A stretch of 64,000 bases of DNA from a virus, in the IMG/VR virus record IMGVR_UViG_3300045919_000305, positions 1 to 64,000 of that record; one strand, 5' to 3'. Each line of letters opens with the position of its first letter. Positions within the stretch are counted from its first letter, which is position 1. The position numbers and the translations under genes are program-made. Positions 43,857 through 52,427 of the stretch are shown here, one piece after another. Below the pieces are notes generated by a model, which saw only the letters and a list, made by a program, of their open reading frames with translations, was not told where the DNA came from and ran no database searches.

Positions 43857-44243
43857 TTAAGCTATGCCTGTAACAGTTGTACAGTACGCCTCGACTGTAA
43901 CGGATTGCCCCGTATTACCTGTGAATTCTATTTCGAGGCTCATGATTTCAGGGCCGAACGGAAAACTAAATTCGGATATGGCGTTGTTAGTTATCCCGCT
44001 ACCAACTGAGTAGATAGTTTTCCAATCAACACCCGCGGATGCTGCCGCTGGCATTGTTGCATTGTGGGCAACCAATACGTTTGCAGTACATTGGATCGTC
44101 GGACCCGTAGCGCCATTGGTCAATTTAAATGTTAAGTTTCCACCCAATGCGGTTTGTAAATCGATCCGACCGCGTGTCGTTGACCCCGCGGTATTGGCCG
44201 CCGATGCAACGACTGTTGTTGCCGTCTTGGTTGCCGCTGCCAT
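43857..44243 (-). CDS. small Thr/Ala-rich structural protein
   Basis: Coupled ORF. Confidence 0.5.
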   Translation of the reverse strand: MAAATKTATTVVASAANTAGSTTRGRIDLQTALGGNLTFKLTNGATGPTIQCTANVLVAHNATMPAAASAGVDWKTIYSVGSGITNNAISEFSFPFGPEIMSLEIEFTGNTGQSVTVEAYCTTVTGIA

Positions 44244-44818
44244 TACAGACCCCTTGTCCCGTTATCGTTCCAAACGATGCCCGACACTTGTTGAACAGTG
44301 ATTGTGCCTTCGAATACCAAATCGCCGGGTGCAACCGTGGTGCCGGTGCCTGTTGCAAACAAAGCCTCTACTCTGTTTGCTGCTCGTTGGATTACTAATT
44401 GTACCGCGGGCCATCCACCTGCCCGTGACGCTCCCGACGCCCCTGAAGGTATGCCTACCAACGCGTCTTGTAGGCCCGCTTGGATGTTGTGCTTTCCCGT
44501 CGATACGAGCCCAGACCCATTTAGCGTCAGTAATACCCAAAGGTTGTCGCGCTTCAGGGCACATTGAGCGACCCAGTTAATGAAATCCTGCCCAGCCCCT
44601 GCCGCCGGGTTGCCGGGCGTGTAATTGGCCCATGTAATTGCATCTGATATGTCACTAGCCGCTGTGGTAGTCTTCCAGACGTTGAATGCAGACGCTGCGT
44701 TCATACGATCGGTAATAACCTGTATGTCGGGTTGTGCTTTAGCCAACTCCGCAGTCAATCCTGCATCTACTGACATGGCTGTTTTGACGATCGCGAGTTG
44801 TGCTGTGGTAAGATTCAT
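44243..44818 (-). CDS. structural protein (191 aa)
   Basis: Coupled ORF. Confidence 0.5.
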   Translation of the reverse strand: MNLTTAQLAIVKTAMSVDAGLTAELAKAQPDIQVITDRMNAASAFNVWKTTTAASDISDAITWANYTPGNPAAGAGQDFINWVAQCALKRDNLWVLLTLNGSGLVSTGKHNIQAGLQDALVGIPSGASGASRAGGWPAVQLVIQRAANRVEALFATGTGTTVAPGDLVFEGTITVQQVSGIVWNDNGTRGL

Positions 44819-44835
44819 GTGGGTGCCTTGTTAGT

Positions 44836-45351
44836 TTACGTTTTCGGGCGGGGGTTTTGTGAAGTCCCCGGTTCGTTAATCATTGCTTTCTCTAACTCGA
44901 AGAGCCTATCCCCGTGGTCGTCCGTCGTTTTCTCTAAAGCGCTTATCCGATCAAAGGATTTCTCTACAGCGATGAATTTCCAAAAGGCTCCTATGCTAAA
45001 AGCCAGCGCCGCACCTGAGAATAAAGTCACTAATCGAGATAGTAGGCCGTTCCTTCCGGCTTGTGTGGCCCTTAGTATATCATCTTGACTGACACGTGCC
45101 AAAAAAGCGTTTTCATGCTCCCCCATCCGTTTTTCGTGTTGCTTTAAAATATCCGTAATAGACTGGCTGTCTCGCCTAGCCTGCTCATTCTGCTGGTGTA
45201 GTGTTTTAGAAATCTCTCTGAGCTCTTCATACATTCGTAAAAACACACCTATGGTTTCTTTCCCTTCCTCTGTCGTGACGTTTCGTAACATTTGATCAAT
45301 GTCTTCTCGAATGGCGTCCGTACTTCTTTTATTGTGTGTTTGCTCCGTCAT
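44836..45351 (-). CDS. coiled-coil protein with one C-proximal transmembrane segment
   Basis: LVTLFSGAALAFSIGAFWKFIAV hydrophobic helix; start overlaps the spanin gene end. Confidence 0.5.
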   Translation of the reverse strand: MTEQTHNKRSTDAIREDIDQMLRNVTTEEGKETIGVFLRMYEELREISKTLHQQNEQARRDSQSITDILKQHEKRMGEHENAFLARVSQDDILRATQAGRNGLLSRLVTLFSGAALAFSIGAFWKFIAVEKSFDRISALEKTTDDHGDRLFELEKAMINEPGTSQNPRPKT

Positions 45352-45914
45352 TTCTTTAGCCCCTCTACGCGATCAGCATACGCATTAACTTGGTCGATCA
45401 TTGAGGTAAAATCGTCACGGCATTGCTCCCTGCCTACAACTACTTGGGAGGCGTCACTGAACTTCCGTAAAAGAAACTCTGAAAGTCGTCCAGAAAGTTC
45501 GGGATGCTCTTCTTCGCTTCCTCCGTCTGCCGGTTGCGAAGGTACGCCGGGTACTGCAGGCGTAGGGGTTTGGCAGCTACGACGTTGCAATCGGCCTGGG
45601 TCGCGCAGCCCATTAGTAGCAGCACGTTGACGGAGATCATGCTCCAGATTGTTAATTTTTTGAACGGCTTCATTTTTATCGGCCTCATGTTGTTGAGTCG
45701 TATTAAAAAGCGCGTCCTTAAGATTCGACGCTTCGGTTTCCAATTTAGTTTTTAAAATAGCGGCATCACGAACTTGTTCAGCCTGTTTTGCTTCCCATTT
45801 ATTGTTGATAAACGTGGAGGTAATATGTACCGTAGCGCCAGTATAGATAACCAGCACAGCTATCTCTATGGCTAAACGGTATTGTGGGGGAATCAAAAGC
45901 CCTAAAAAACCCAT
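45348..45914 (-). CDS. i-spanin (Rz-like)
   Basis: N-terminal TM (LAIEIAVLVIYTGATVHI), periplasmic coiled-coil region, contains an embedded lipoprotein ORF in another frame, sits near the endolysin. Confidence 0.7.
   Translation of the reverse strand: MGFLGLLIPPQYRLAIEIAVLVIYTGATVHITSTFINNKWEAKQAEQVRDAAILKTKLETEASNLKDALFNTTQQHEADKNEAVQKINNLEHDLRQRAATNGLRDPGRLQRRSCQTPTPAVPGVPSQPADGGSEEEHPELSGRLSEFLLRKFSDASQVVVGREQCRDDFTSMIDQVNAYADRVEGLKK
45440..45688 (-). CDS. o-spanin (Rz1-like lipoprotein) embedded in the i-spanin gene
   Basis: MRPIKMKPFKKLTIWSMISVNVLLLMGC: lipobox LMGC; short Pro-containing mature part; entirely inside 45348-45914 in a different frame (start 45688 or 45673). Confidence 0.65.
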   Translation of the reverse strand: MRPIKMKPFKKLTIWSMISVNVLLLMGCATQADCNVVAAKPLRLQYPAYLRNRQTEEAKKSIPNFLDDFQSFFYGSSVTPPK

Positions 45915-45916
45915 TG

Positions 45917-46111
45917 CTATTCTCTGATTTGATCTTTAAAAGAACTGCCCAATTTCTTAAGCTCCGCCGGTGGCTGTTCAAACCAATAATCAACATCCGT
46001 TCCTAAGCCTTCCAAGAGGGCGATTAATCCCTGCTGATAATACCCCGTGTTAAAGGTATTAAAAGGGTTTGGGTTGCCATTTAACTCATTCGGTATTGTG
46101 ATCATGTGCAT
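45917..46111 (-). CDS. hypothetical protein (64 aa)
   Basis: ORF between the endolysin and the spanins. Confidence 0.45.
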   Translation of the reverse strand: MHMITIPNELNGNPNPFNTFNTGYYQQGLIALLEGLGTDVDYWFEQPPAELKKLGSSFKDQIRE

Positions 46112-46391
46112 CTCCGAGGGTATAGTATTTTAACGTGGGGCTACCGGTAGCATCTACACGCATAAATCTTATTCTAGTATAGCCTTCATTTTTGGCGACC
46201 TCTAAAATATTTTTAAAATCGCGTGGCGTGATCGGTCTTACTAACCCTTTCAGCTCCCCTAATCCGTCCCCTATGGGGTCTAACACCACAGCATTACTGT
46301 AGGGGGGATACTGTTTGTGAGTGTCTTCGGTTGCAATAAAACGCAATAAAACGGCTCCTTCCTGCAATTTTTCTACGGTACACCTTTTCAT
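46086..46391 (-). CDS. hypothetical protein (101 aa)
   Basis: ORF between the endolysin and the spanins. Confidence 0.5.
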   Translation of the reverse strand: MKRCTVEKLQEGAVLLRFIATEDTHKQYPPYSNAVVLDPIGDGLGELKGLVRPITPRDFKNILEVAKNEGYTRIRFMRVDATGSPTLKYYTLGDAHDHNTE

Positions 46392-46522
46392 GCCTTAGTG
46401 TTCCGGCTGCAAAGTGTTCAGAAAAGCGATCAAGGAGATCACATCCTCTACCGAAGCCCGAACGTCTAGGGGGCCAGCCAGATACTCTCGTACCTTGGAT
46501 ACTGTTTCTGCATCTGTAGGTA

Positions 46523-47071
46523 TCACGCTAAAGCCCTCAACAAAGCTTCGTATCGCGCTTGGCGTTCTTCTAAGCCGTTTGTACCGCCATTTATGCGCCG
46601 TGTTATCAACTGGAAACGTTTTTCATCGGCTAAGGTGTTCAAATCGTGATCCTGCCAAAAAACACCGGCTACGCGAAAAGCGACTTCGGGTGTTAAGGCC
46701 AGATCCGGATTAACTTCTAAAGGGAGTTTTAAAATGTTCCCATATTTCTTGTAATTACCACGTCCAGTTAACTGTATACCGCCACGGCCACGGAACCGTT
46801 TGCCGTCACCTGGGTGGGTGTTTCCCAATTCTGCGGCTTTCTCAGAAGGGGGCTCATAAGCCGCTTGCGCGCCTTTCCCATCCCATAGCTCTCTTAAAAA
46901 TTGGAAATCCAAAGTTTCATGTGCCACTTGCGCTAAAAAAGCCGCTACTCGTAGCTTAGTGTTGATCTCAAATTCGTCCATAGCCGCTTGAATAAACGGC
47001 AAATAGGTATTAATAGGTGCTTTTCTAGCCGCAGGTATAGCGGTCAGTAACTGTTCTTTAGTAATCCTCAT
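46523..47071 (-). CDS. endolysin, glycoside hydrolase family 19 (chitinase-like)
   Basis: AAFLAQVAHETLDF ... LGNTHPGDGKRFRGRGGIQLTGRGNYKKYG ... RRINGGTNGLEERQ are the GH19 lysin signature blocks. Confidence 0.85.
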   Translation of the reverse strand: MRITKEQLLTAIPAARKAPINTYLPFIQAAMDEFEINTKLRVAAFLAQVAHETLDFQFLRELWDGKGAQAAYEPPSEKAAELGNTHPGDGKRFRGRGGIQLTGRGNYKKYGNILKLPLEVNPDLALTPEVAFRVAGVFWQDHDLNTLADEKRFQLITRRINGGTNGLEERQARYEALLRALA

Positions 47072-47258
47072 GTATCACCTCGGTTCCTTCTTCTATAAAC
47101 TTAATATCGTCCCAATTATCAGGTATTTCAGGGCTTTCCGCCTCGATTAATCGTGAGACTACTTTACGCGCCATAGACTCAGTGTCCGCGTCTACAGTAA
47201 ATAGCCCTTTATATGAGTGCATTCCTTGGTACATAAACCGAACATGAAACCTTTTCAC
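47058..47258 (-). CDS. hypothetical protein (66 aa)
   Basis: Overlaps both the holin and endolysin genes by a few nt. Confidence 0.5.
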   Translation of the reverse strand: MKRFHVRFMYQGMHSYKGLFTVDADTESMARKVVSRLIEAESPEIPDNWDDIKFIEEGTEVIHEDY

Positions 47259-47575
47259 GATTTGTGGGGGTCAGGCTGGTCTACCGACACTTGGTCAGAC
47301 GCTTTGTTGTATTTATTGTCGAAGCCGTACCCAACGCCAAGGGCCATCCCCACTTCCGCGAAGGTGGGGTACCACTCGTTTTTATGTAGCATTGCTATCC
47401 CGAAGCACGTTACCACAATACCACTCAACGCTTTCATGGTTGCGATGTGCTCTTCAAACAGGTACTGCCGAAGGGTACACGAGGTAGTCATGTGGTCATA
47501 CCGCTTTTCATGATAGTGGTACAACATGCCTAGAAAAGCGAGGGTGAAAACCTCAGAAAAAATAGCAAACTGCAT
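47255..47575 (-). CDS. holin candidate (three hydrophobic segments)
   Basis: FAIFSEVFTLAFLGMLYHY, ALSGIVVTCFGIAMLH, PTFAEVGMALGVGYGF plus a charged C-tail; two genes upstream of the endolysin. Confidence 0.5.
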   Translation of the reverse strand: MQFAIFSEVFTLAFLGMLYHYHEKRYDHMTTSCTLRQYLFEEHIATMKALSGIVVTCFGIAMLHKNEWYPTFAEVGMALGVGYGFDNKYNKASDQVSVDQPDPHKS

Positions 47576-47599
47576 AAAAATCCCCTTGGGTAAGTGTTA

Positions 47600-47607
47600 A
47601 TTATAGC
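47600..47607 (-). promoter_or_regulatory. GCTATAAT box upstream of the lysis cassette
   Basis: Minus strand CTAAAGTAGGCTATAAT-N8-ACCCAAGGGGATTTTTATG. Confidence 0.35.
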
Positions 47608-47612
47608 CTACT

Positions 47613-47834
47613 TTAGTAATTGTCAAACCGTCCGGATAATAAATCATGCTTAAATTGCTCTACCATGAGTAACAGTTCTGCTTTATTTGAAGTACTTGAG
47701 GCAACCCAATCGTCCCCGTCCGGGCAAGAACCTAAGACTAAAACGCAATTCAATTCTCCCTTAGCCCCTTCTAAGACGCTATCTGGGTCTATGTCGTTTC
47801 GTGTGTAACCTGGGAATTGAACGATTTCAGCCAT
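47613..47834 (-). CDS. hypothetical protein (73 aa)
   Basis: ORF in the late operon. Confidence 0.5.
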   Translation of the reverse strand: MAEIVQFPGYTRNDIDPDSVLEGAKGELNCVLVLGSCPDGDDWVASSTSNKAELLLMVEQFKHDLLSGRFDNY

Positions 47835-47835
47835 G

Positions 47836-48531
47836 TTACCCTACCGTCATGTCTAAAGGCACATCTGTTTGCCGCTCACGGATCACTACCGCAGGCAGCC
47901 GGGGGCCAAAACGCTCTTCGAAAAGGGCGAATTCTTTTTCTGATTTCTTTTCATTAAACGTATCGGTATCGCGTTTTAAGTAAGCTAAGGCTGCGATTCC
48001 GTAAATGAGGTCGGGATGCCAAATTTCATCAATTTCAGGAACGTCGCCGTCAGATTCCAATAAAACCGGAAGTCTTCGCACGTCCATGTATGCGGTATCC
48101 GCTTTAGTCGGTGTTCCGATAAAGGTAATTGACCGAACAAAAATGCCCGTATCGTCGCCGCTGCCCGCTTGAGTTTGATCCAAAGCGTAAGCATACGGCG
48201 TTCCTGTATAAACGGGTCGGCCAGAATAATACTGTTCGTTCCGGCGGAAGCTGGTACGTTGTAAAGTAATTTGGGGCTGTGATCCGAGGTATACCGATTT
48301 AACGTCGAGGTATCCACTAGGGAGGGCGTATTTGGCCTTCCACGTCAGATCAACATTTTGTACAAAGGGGACTGGGATATCGTCTTGAACGACCAAATTG
48401 GCGCGGATGCACGCATCGCGAACCGTGTCGTTAATGTAATCCAATAATTCGATATCCGACCATAGATAATCAGGTACTAAGTCATCGAGTCTGGATCGTG
48501 CTCTGCGGCGGATATCAGCGAGTGTTAACAC
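47836..48531 (-). CDS. head-tail adaptor/connector candidate
   Basis: N-terminus LTLADIRRRARSRLDDLVPDYLWSDIELLDYINDT resembles gp6-type head-tail connector proteins; GTG start. Confidence 0.45.
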   Translation of the reverse strand: MLTLADIRRRARSRLDDLVPDYLWSDIELLDYINDTVRDACIRANLVVQDDIPVPFVQNVDLTWKAKYALPSGYLDVKSVYLGSQPQITLQRTSFRRNEQYYSGRPVYTGTPYAYALDQTQAGSGDDTGIFVRSITFIGTPTKADTAYMDVRRLPVLLESDGDVPEIDEIWHPDLIYGIAALAYLKRDTDTFNEKKSEKEFALFEERFGPRLPAVVIRERQTDVPLDMTVG

Positions 48532-48551
48532 AGGATTCCCTAGGTCAGTTT

Positions 48552-48586
48552 AAAAAGAACCCTGAAGCGGCCTAAACCGATCAGGG
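48552..48586 (-). terminator. rho-independent terminator
   Basis: Minus strand CCCTGATCGG-TTTAGG-CCGCTTCAGGG followed by TTCTTTTT. Confidence 0.5.
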
Positions 48587-48601
48587 GCGTGTTTCAAACT
48601 A

Positions 48602-48997
48602 TTATATGCTATCCTCAGCATCTTTAACGACTTTTACTTTTTTCGCTGCGGCGGCTTCCGCTGTGGCCTGGGCTACCGCGTCTTTTATCGCTTGAGCTTG
48701 AGCTGCGGCTGCGTCTTCAGCTACCTTTGCTTCAGCGGCTGCTTGCTCCGCGGCAAGTGCTTCTGCGGCGGCTGCTTGCTCCGCGGCGAGTGCTTCTGCG
48801 GCTGCGGCTGCGGCTGCTTTCTCTGCTTCCCACTCTTCCGCCTGTTCTTTAGTAAACGAAAAGTTACCCTGCTTGTCTTTAAAAACTTCTACCCCTTCAC
48901 GAGTGAAGGCGAAACCGTTTTGAAAAAAGAAAGGCTCGTGGTCTTCTACTAAGCCGTGCGCGTGATCATACGGCGCTTCTCTGTTTAACTCTGCCAT
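48602..48997 (-). CDS. Ala-rich head-associated protein (131 aa)
   Basis: Contains a 2 x 33-bp tandem duplication (AAEALAAEQAA); ORF in the head module. Confidence 0.5.
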   Translation of the reverse strand: MAELNREAPYDHAHGLVEDHEPFFFQNGFAFTREGVEVFKDKQGNFSFTKEQAEEWEAEKAAAAAAAEALAAEQAAAAEALAAEQAAAEAKVAEDAAAAQAQAIKDAVAQATAEAAAAKKVKVVKDAEDSI

Positions 48998-48998
48998 G

Positions 48999-49238
48999 TT
49001 AATTCCCCAGTCTGTTTTGTGATCGTACTTTGGTCATGTATCGGGTTTCTTCGGTTTCGTATCGTTCGCCGTGCCCATAATCCGTACCTACGGAGGTATC
49101 ATACCACAGGGACGAGCCTGTAGGCCCTGAAGCATTGCCCTCACAAATATATCCGGTTTGCAACGGATCATCAGCCGGCACCGTGGTATCTTCGCCTTCA
49201 GGATACCCGATGATCGCGTTTACCATGATGCCGCTCAT
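48999..49238 (-). CDS. hypothetical protein (79 aa)
   Basis: Coupled ORF. Confidence 0.5.
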   Translation of the reverse strand: MSGIMVNAIIGYPEGEDTTVPADDPLQTGYICEGNASGPTGSSLWYDTSVGTDYGHGERYETEETRYMTKVRSQNRLGN

Positions 49239-49240
49239 AA

Positions 49241-49495
49241 TTAGTACCGAATTTTGAAAGTCTTGCCCGGAATATCCGATTTCAAAGGCTCGTCAATAGA
49301 TTCTTGACGAAACACATTGTTGTTCGTTTGTTGTTGGCTCTGTACAGCGCCTCGAACTAAACTCTCGACTTCGCTCAAACCGTTTTCGACACCTGCTTTC
49401 AGTCCGGATTTAGGGAATGAACGCGTATCGCGCATGTCGTTTTCTTTCTCAACGTCAAAATCATGTACGTTGTCTCTTCCTGCATAACTGCCCAT
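49241..49495 (-). CDS. hypothetical protein (84 aa)
   Basis: GGAGA upstream of ATG. Confidence 0.5.
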   Translation of the reverse strand: MGSYAGRDNVHDFDVEKENDMRDTRSFPKSGLKAGVENGLSEVESLVRGAVQSQQQTNNNVFRQESIDEPLKSDIPGKTFKIRY

Positions 49496-49525
49496 AGCAA
49501 TCTCCGGAGTAAATTATAAAAGTTT

Positions 49526-49547
49526 GTGAAGCTCGTTAAAGCTTCAC
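49526..49547 (-). terminator. hairpin/terminator after the 151-aa gene
   Basis: Minus strand GTGAAGC-N8-GCTTCAC then AAACTTTTATAATTT. Confidence 0.45.
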
Positions 49548-49560
49548 GATGTCTGGTATT

Positions 49561-50016
49561 TTAGAACCAAGCCAGTGTTACGTCAACAATGGCTGCACCA
49601 GCCGGAGTACCGACGCCTGCAGTCATTGTGATGGATACCGGACCTAGTGCTTCGATAGCCGCAGGGTACGGTGCCGTAACTGCCGCAGGGTTAGCTGTTC
49701 CAGTCAAATCCAAAGTACCAACTATCGGGTTTGTACCTTTGATGAACTGTGAACCCCAGCCCAATACAGTACCCGCCTGTGAAGGCGATGCTGCGGTGCC
49801 GAAAGTCAATACGCCGGCTGCTGACGGATTGGACGGTACGCCAACTGCGATGTTCGCAGGGGTAGTTGTACCGACGAAGTTGGTGGTGACTGAAGCGTTA
49901 ATGTCGATTAAACGGCATTGGGTCGCGCCAGGAGGTACTGCCACAGTCCATGCAGCGGTTGTGGCGCCAGCTACGGTACGGGTGTACGTTTGAAATCTTG
50001 GGTTTTGGTATGACAT
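49561..50016 (-). CDS. capsid-associated (decoration-like) protein candidate
   Basis: Directly downstream of the major capsid gene, bracketed by hairpins; Thr/Ala/Gly/Pro-rich beta-protein. Confidence 0.45.
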   Translation of the reverse strand: MSYQNPRFQTYTRTVAGATTAAWTVAVPPGATQCRLIDINASVTTNFVGTTTPANIAVGVPSNPSAAGVLTFGTAASPSQAGTVLGWGSQFIKGTNPIVGTLDLTGTANPAAVTAPYPAAIEALGPVSITMTAGVGTPAGAAIVDVTLAWF

Positions 50017-50049
50017 ATAAGTGTCCTCTATTTGAAATCTATTTTGGTG

Positions 50050-50075
50050 AAGCCCGCATTATTAAGTGCGGGCTT
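50050..50075 (-). other. 9-bp GC-rich hairpin after the major capsid gene (no U-tract)
   Basis: AAGCCCGCA-N8-TGCGGGCTT. Confidence 0.6.
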
Positions 50076-50093
50076 GTATCCATTTTGTCCGTT

Positions 50094-51104
50094 TTAAGCG
50101 GCGCTGTCCCATTTGATCACGCGGCTGTCAGCAGCATTCGGATGGCTTAATCCGAAACCTTCCAGCGCGTACCAAGCGATACCACGGCCACGGCCGTAAT
50201 CGTCTGGGATCTTACCGCGAATTTCTTCAGGGATTGCAATACCTTCAGCAACAGTGTCGGCGCCCATGAAGAAGATCCAGTCAGATTTCGCGTTGTTCCA
50301 CACATCGGCAGTACCGGTTTGTGGGTTGAACGTGGTGGAATCTGCTGCACCGCCTGCAGGAATGTGGGTTTGTTCGATAAAGCGGATACCGCGATAGCGA
50401 CCAATTTCACCATTCTTGATTTGGGCAAGACCGGTTTCGGTATAGGTTTGGATGCCTTCCAAATCAGACTTCAACTGGACGAAAGTAGACGGACGGGCTA
50501 CCGCTAAGTAGTCGCCGGCTTCATACGCAGGGATACCGCGTTCTTTCATCAGAGTTGAGATCGGTTCGACGTGGCCTTTGCCGAAAGCAACGTTGTTCGT
50601 TACCGTGGCCGTGCCGTTCGTAACCAACGTGTCCAATGCGGTAGCGCTGGTGCCTGACAAAGCTGAAACGCGAAGTGGGGTTTGGTTGAACTGCGCCCAA
50701 GCCGCAACGTCGAAGGTTTCCGCAACGTCGATTTTCAACAGCTTACGGATAATTTCTTTGATAGGTTGCTCAGACAAGTCGTCCAATTTACCAGTGTAAG
50801 GAACTGCTTGACCGTACTCGGTCATGGTGCCTGAGTATTGTGCAACTTTGAAACCTGATTCTGGCATTCTTTCAGTTTCGTCCAACGCACGGCCTTTAAC
50901 AGACAGTTTGTTATAAACGTTCCAGTACCATTTTTCACCGCGTGATTTGCCAACTAAGGGTTTACCGTCCGCGTCGTTTTCTCTCACGTCACAAAGCTGG
51001 CGCCATTTTACAACGGGCAAATTTTGCAAACGTAAATAATCGGACAGGTTGGGTGCCCACATGTATCCGCCTTCATCGGCTACTGACCAGATTTGACCGC
51101 TCAT
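50094..51104 (-). CDS. major capsid protein (HK97 fold, N4-gp56-like family)
   Basis: Position after the scaffold gene. KWRQLCDV ... GKSRGEKWYWNVYNKLSVKGRALDETERMPESGF ... TEYGQAVPYTGKLDDLSEQP resembles the N4-type capsid family as I remember it. Confidence 0.8.
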   Translation of the reverse strand: MSGQIWSVADEGGYMWAPNLSDYLRLQNLPVVKWRQLCDVRENDADGKPLVGKSRGEKWYWNVYNKLSVKGRALDETERMPESGFKVAQYSGTMTEYGQAVPYTGKLDDLSEQPIKEIIRKLLKIDVAETFDVAAWAQFNQTPLRVSALSGTSATALDTLVTNGTATVTNNVAFGKGHVEPISTLMKERGIPAYEAGDYLAVARPSTFVQLKSDLEGIQTYTETGLAQIKNGEIGRYRGIRFIEQTHIPAGGAADSTTFNPQTGTADVWNNAKSDWIFFMGADTVAEGIAIPEEIRGKIPDDYGRGRGIAWYALEGFGLSHPNAADSRVIKWDSAA

Positions 51105-51127
51105 ATTTTTCTACCTACTTGTTTCGT

Positions 51128-51141
51128 GGGGCTTTCGCCCC
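51128..51141 (-). other. GGGGC-GAAA-GCCCC tetraloop hairpin in the capsid gene leader
   Basis: Minus strand GGGGCGAAAGCCCC 24 nt upstream of the capsid ATG; second hairpin CCGCC-N4-GGCGG at 51155-51168. Confidence 0.6.
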
Positions 51142-51183
51142 GTTTGGTTTATAGCCGCCGACTGGCGGAGTTTAATAAAGCTC

Positions 51184-52338
51184 TTATGCTTGACCGCGTT
51201 TTTCTTTCATGAGCTGAATCGCGTCAGATCGTGTCGGAGTTTTTGGCGGAGGCGTTTCTTCTTTTCGTGCATTAGCGCTAGGCAACGTCACGATCTTCCG
51301 TTTGTTGGCCATGCGGTCTTCCATTGGGGGTACAATATCCGCCGGCGGAGTTTCTTCCGCTTTAGTTTCCATCGGTGCAGTTTCTTCCGCAGGCGGTGGG
51401 ACTTCTTCAGGTGGAGCTTCGGCTGCCGGAGCTTCAGCTTCTGGCGCAGCCGCTTCAGGTGGGGCTGCCGCTGCCGGCGCTTCTGGGTACAAATCCGCTA
51501 CCGCTTTTTGTAAAGCCTCAGTAGCTGACATGCCTTCTTGCCGGTACACGTCTGATAACGCCATCACTTTGTTAGCCGGTAAGCCGTCTTCACCCAATTC
51601 AGGATGTTTGGCCACCAATGCGTCTGCCGCGTCTGCGTAAGCTTGCGCTTCTTGCTCCGCTTGAGCCGTGCTTTTGGCGCGGTGTGAGTTCTCGGCAAAA
51701 CGGTGTTCCTGAAGTTTTTTGTACAAATCTTTCGCTTGCACCATATCACCGAAGGCCATTGCCTCGTGGTACTTGTCTATCAGCTCGTCGTGTGATTCGC
51801 CTTCTGGTGGCACATAATCCCCGACTGCGCTCATCTTTTGTTGGTGCTGCGGCTCTTTCGCTTCTTCTTTAGCGAACTGCTCTACCGCTCCGGAATCTTT
51901 GTGCTCCGGCTCTTTCATTTCTTCTTCAGCGAATTTTTCAACAGCGGTTTCAGGCTCTTCGGTTTTTTCACCCGGTTCGTCTGGTGCCGGAGCGGTTTCC
52001 GCTTCGCCTTCACTCTCGCCTTCCGGTTTGTCACCAGTTACGGCTTCTAATTCTTTGTGGGCTTCGGCAGCAATTCCACCTTCTGCGGGAACTTCGCCAC
52101 CGTCAGCAAAACCTTTTGGCTCTTCAACGGATGTGTTTTCGTCTATCGCAGGAACGGTGTCCCCTTTATCGCCGTCATCGTTCATGCCTTCGTTCATAGG
52201 CTTTCCAGCATTAACGTTTGAGCTGCGTTTGCCAGCACGTAAACGAGCTTTATTGTTCTCGTCTTTTAAGTAATCTTTTTCCGGCTTTGGTGCGGTAGCG
52301 CTATCGCCTTCGTCTTTAATTTTTTCGTCTTCGTTCAT
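51184..52338 (-). CDS. scaffolding protein
   Basis: Very acidic Glu/Ala/Pro/Lys-rich 384-aa protein between the portal and capsid genes. Confidence 0.6.
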   Translation of the reverse strand: MNEDEKIKDEGDSATAPKPEKDYLKDENNKARLRAGKRSSNVNAGKPMNEGMNDDGDKGDTVPAIDENTSVEEPKGFADGGEVPAEGGIAAEAHKELEAVTGDKPEGESEGEAETAPAPDEPGEKTEEPETAVEKFAEEEMKEPEHKDSGAVEQFAKEEAKEPQHQQKMSAVGDYVPPEGESHDELIDKYHEAMAFGDMVQAKDLYKKLQEHRFAENSHRAKSTAQAEQEAQAYADAADALVAKHPELGEDGLPANKVMALSDVYRQEGMSATEALQKAVADLYPEAPAAAAPPEAAAPEAEAPAAEAPPEEVPPPAEETAPMETKAEETPPADIVPPMEDRMANKRKIVTLPSANARKEETPPPKTPTRSDAIQLMKEKRGQA

Positions 52339-52427
52339 AATTAGGGTCCCGATTTCGAGAAGGGTTAATACACAACACCACGGTTACTATAATTCAATAT
52401 CATGAGTATAGTCCGTGTGTCAACATT

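Noticed and set aside
44062-44834. Overlapping ORFs in several frames around 44.1-44.8 kb
   Set aside because: Only the 43857-44243 and 44243-44818 minus-strand ORFs fit the coupled operon. The others overlap them extensively and lack RBS.
51190-52273. Cluster of + strand ORFs antisense to the scaffold gene
   Set aside because: They are repetitive Arg/Ser/Phe or Ala/Ser/Gly-rich products mirroring the Glu/Ala/Pro-rich scaffold gene, with no start signals.
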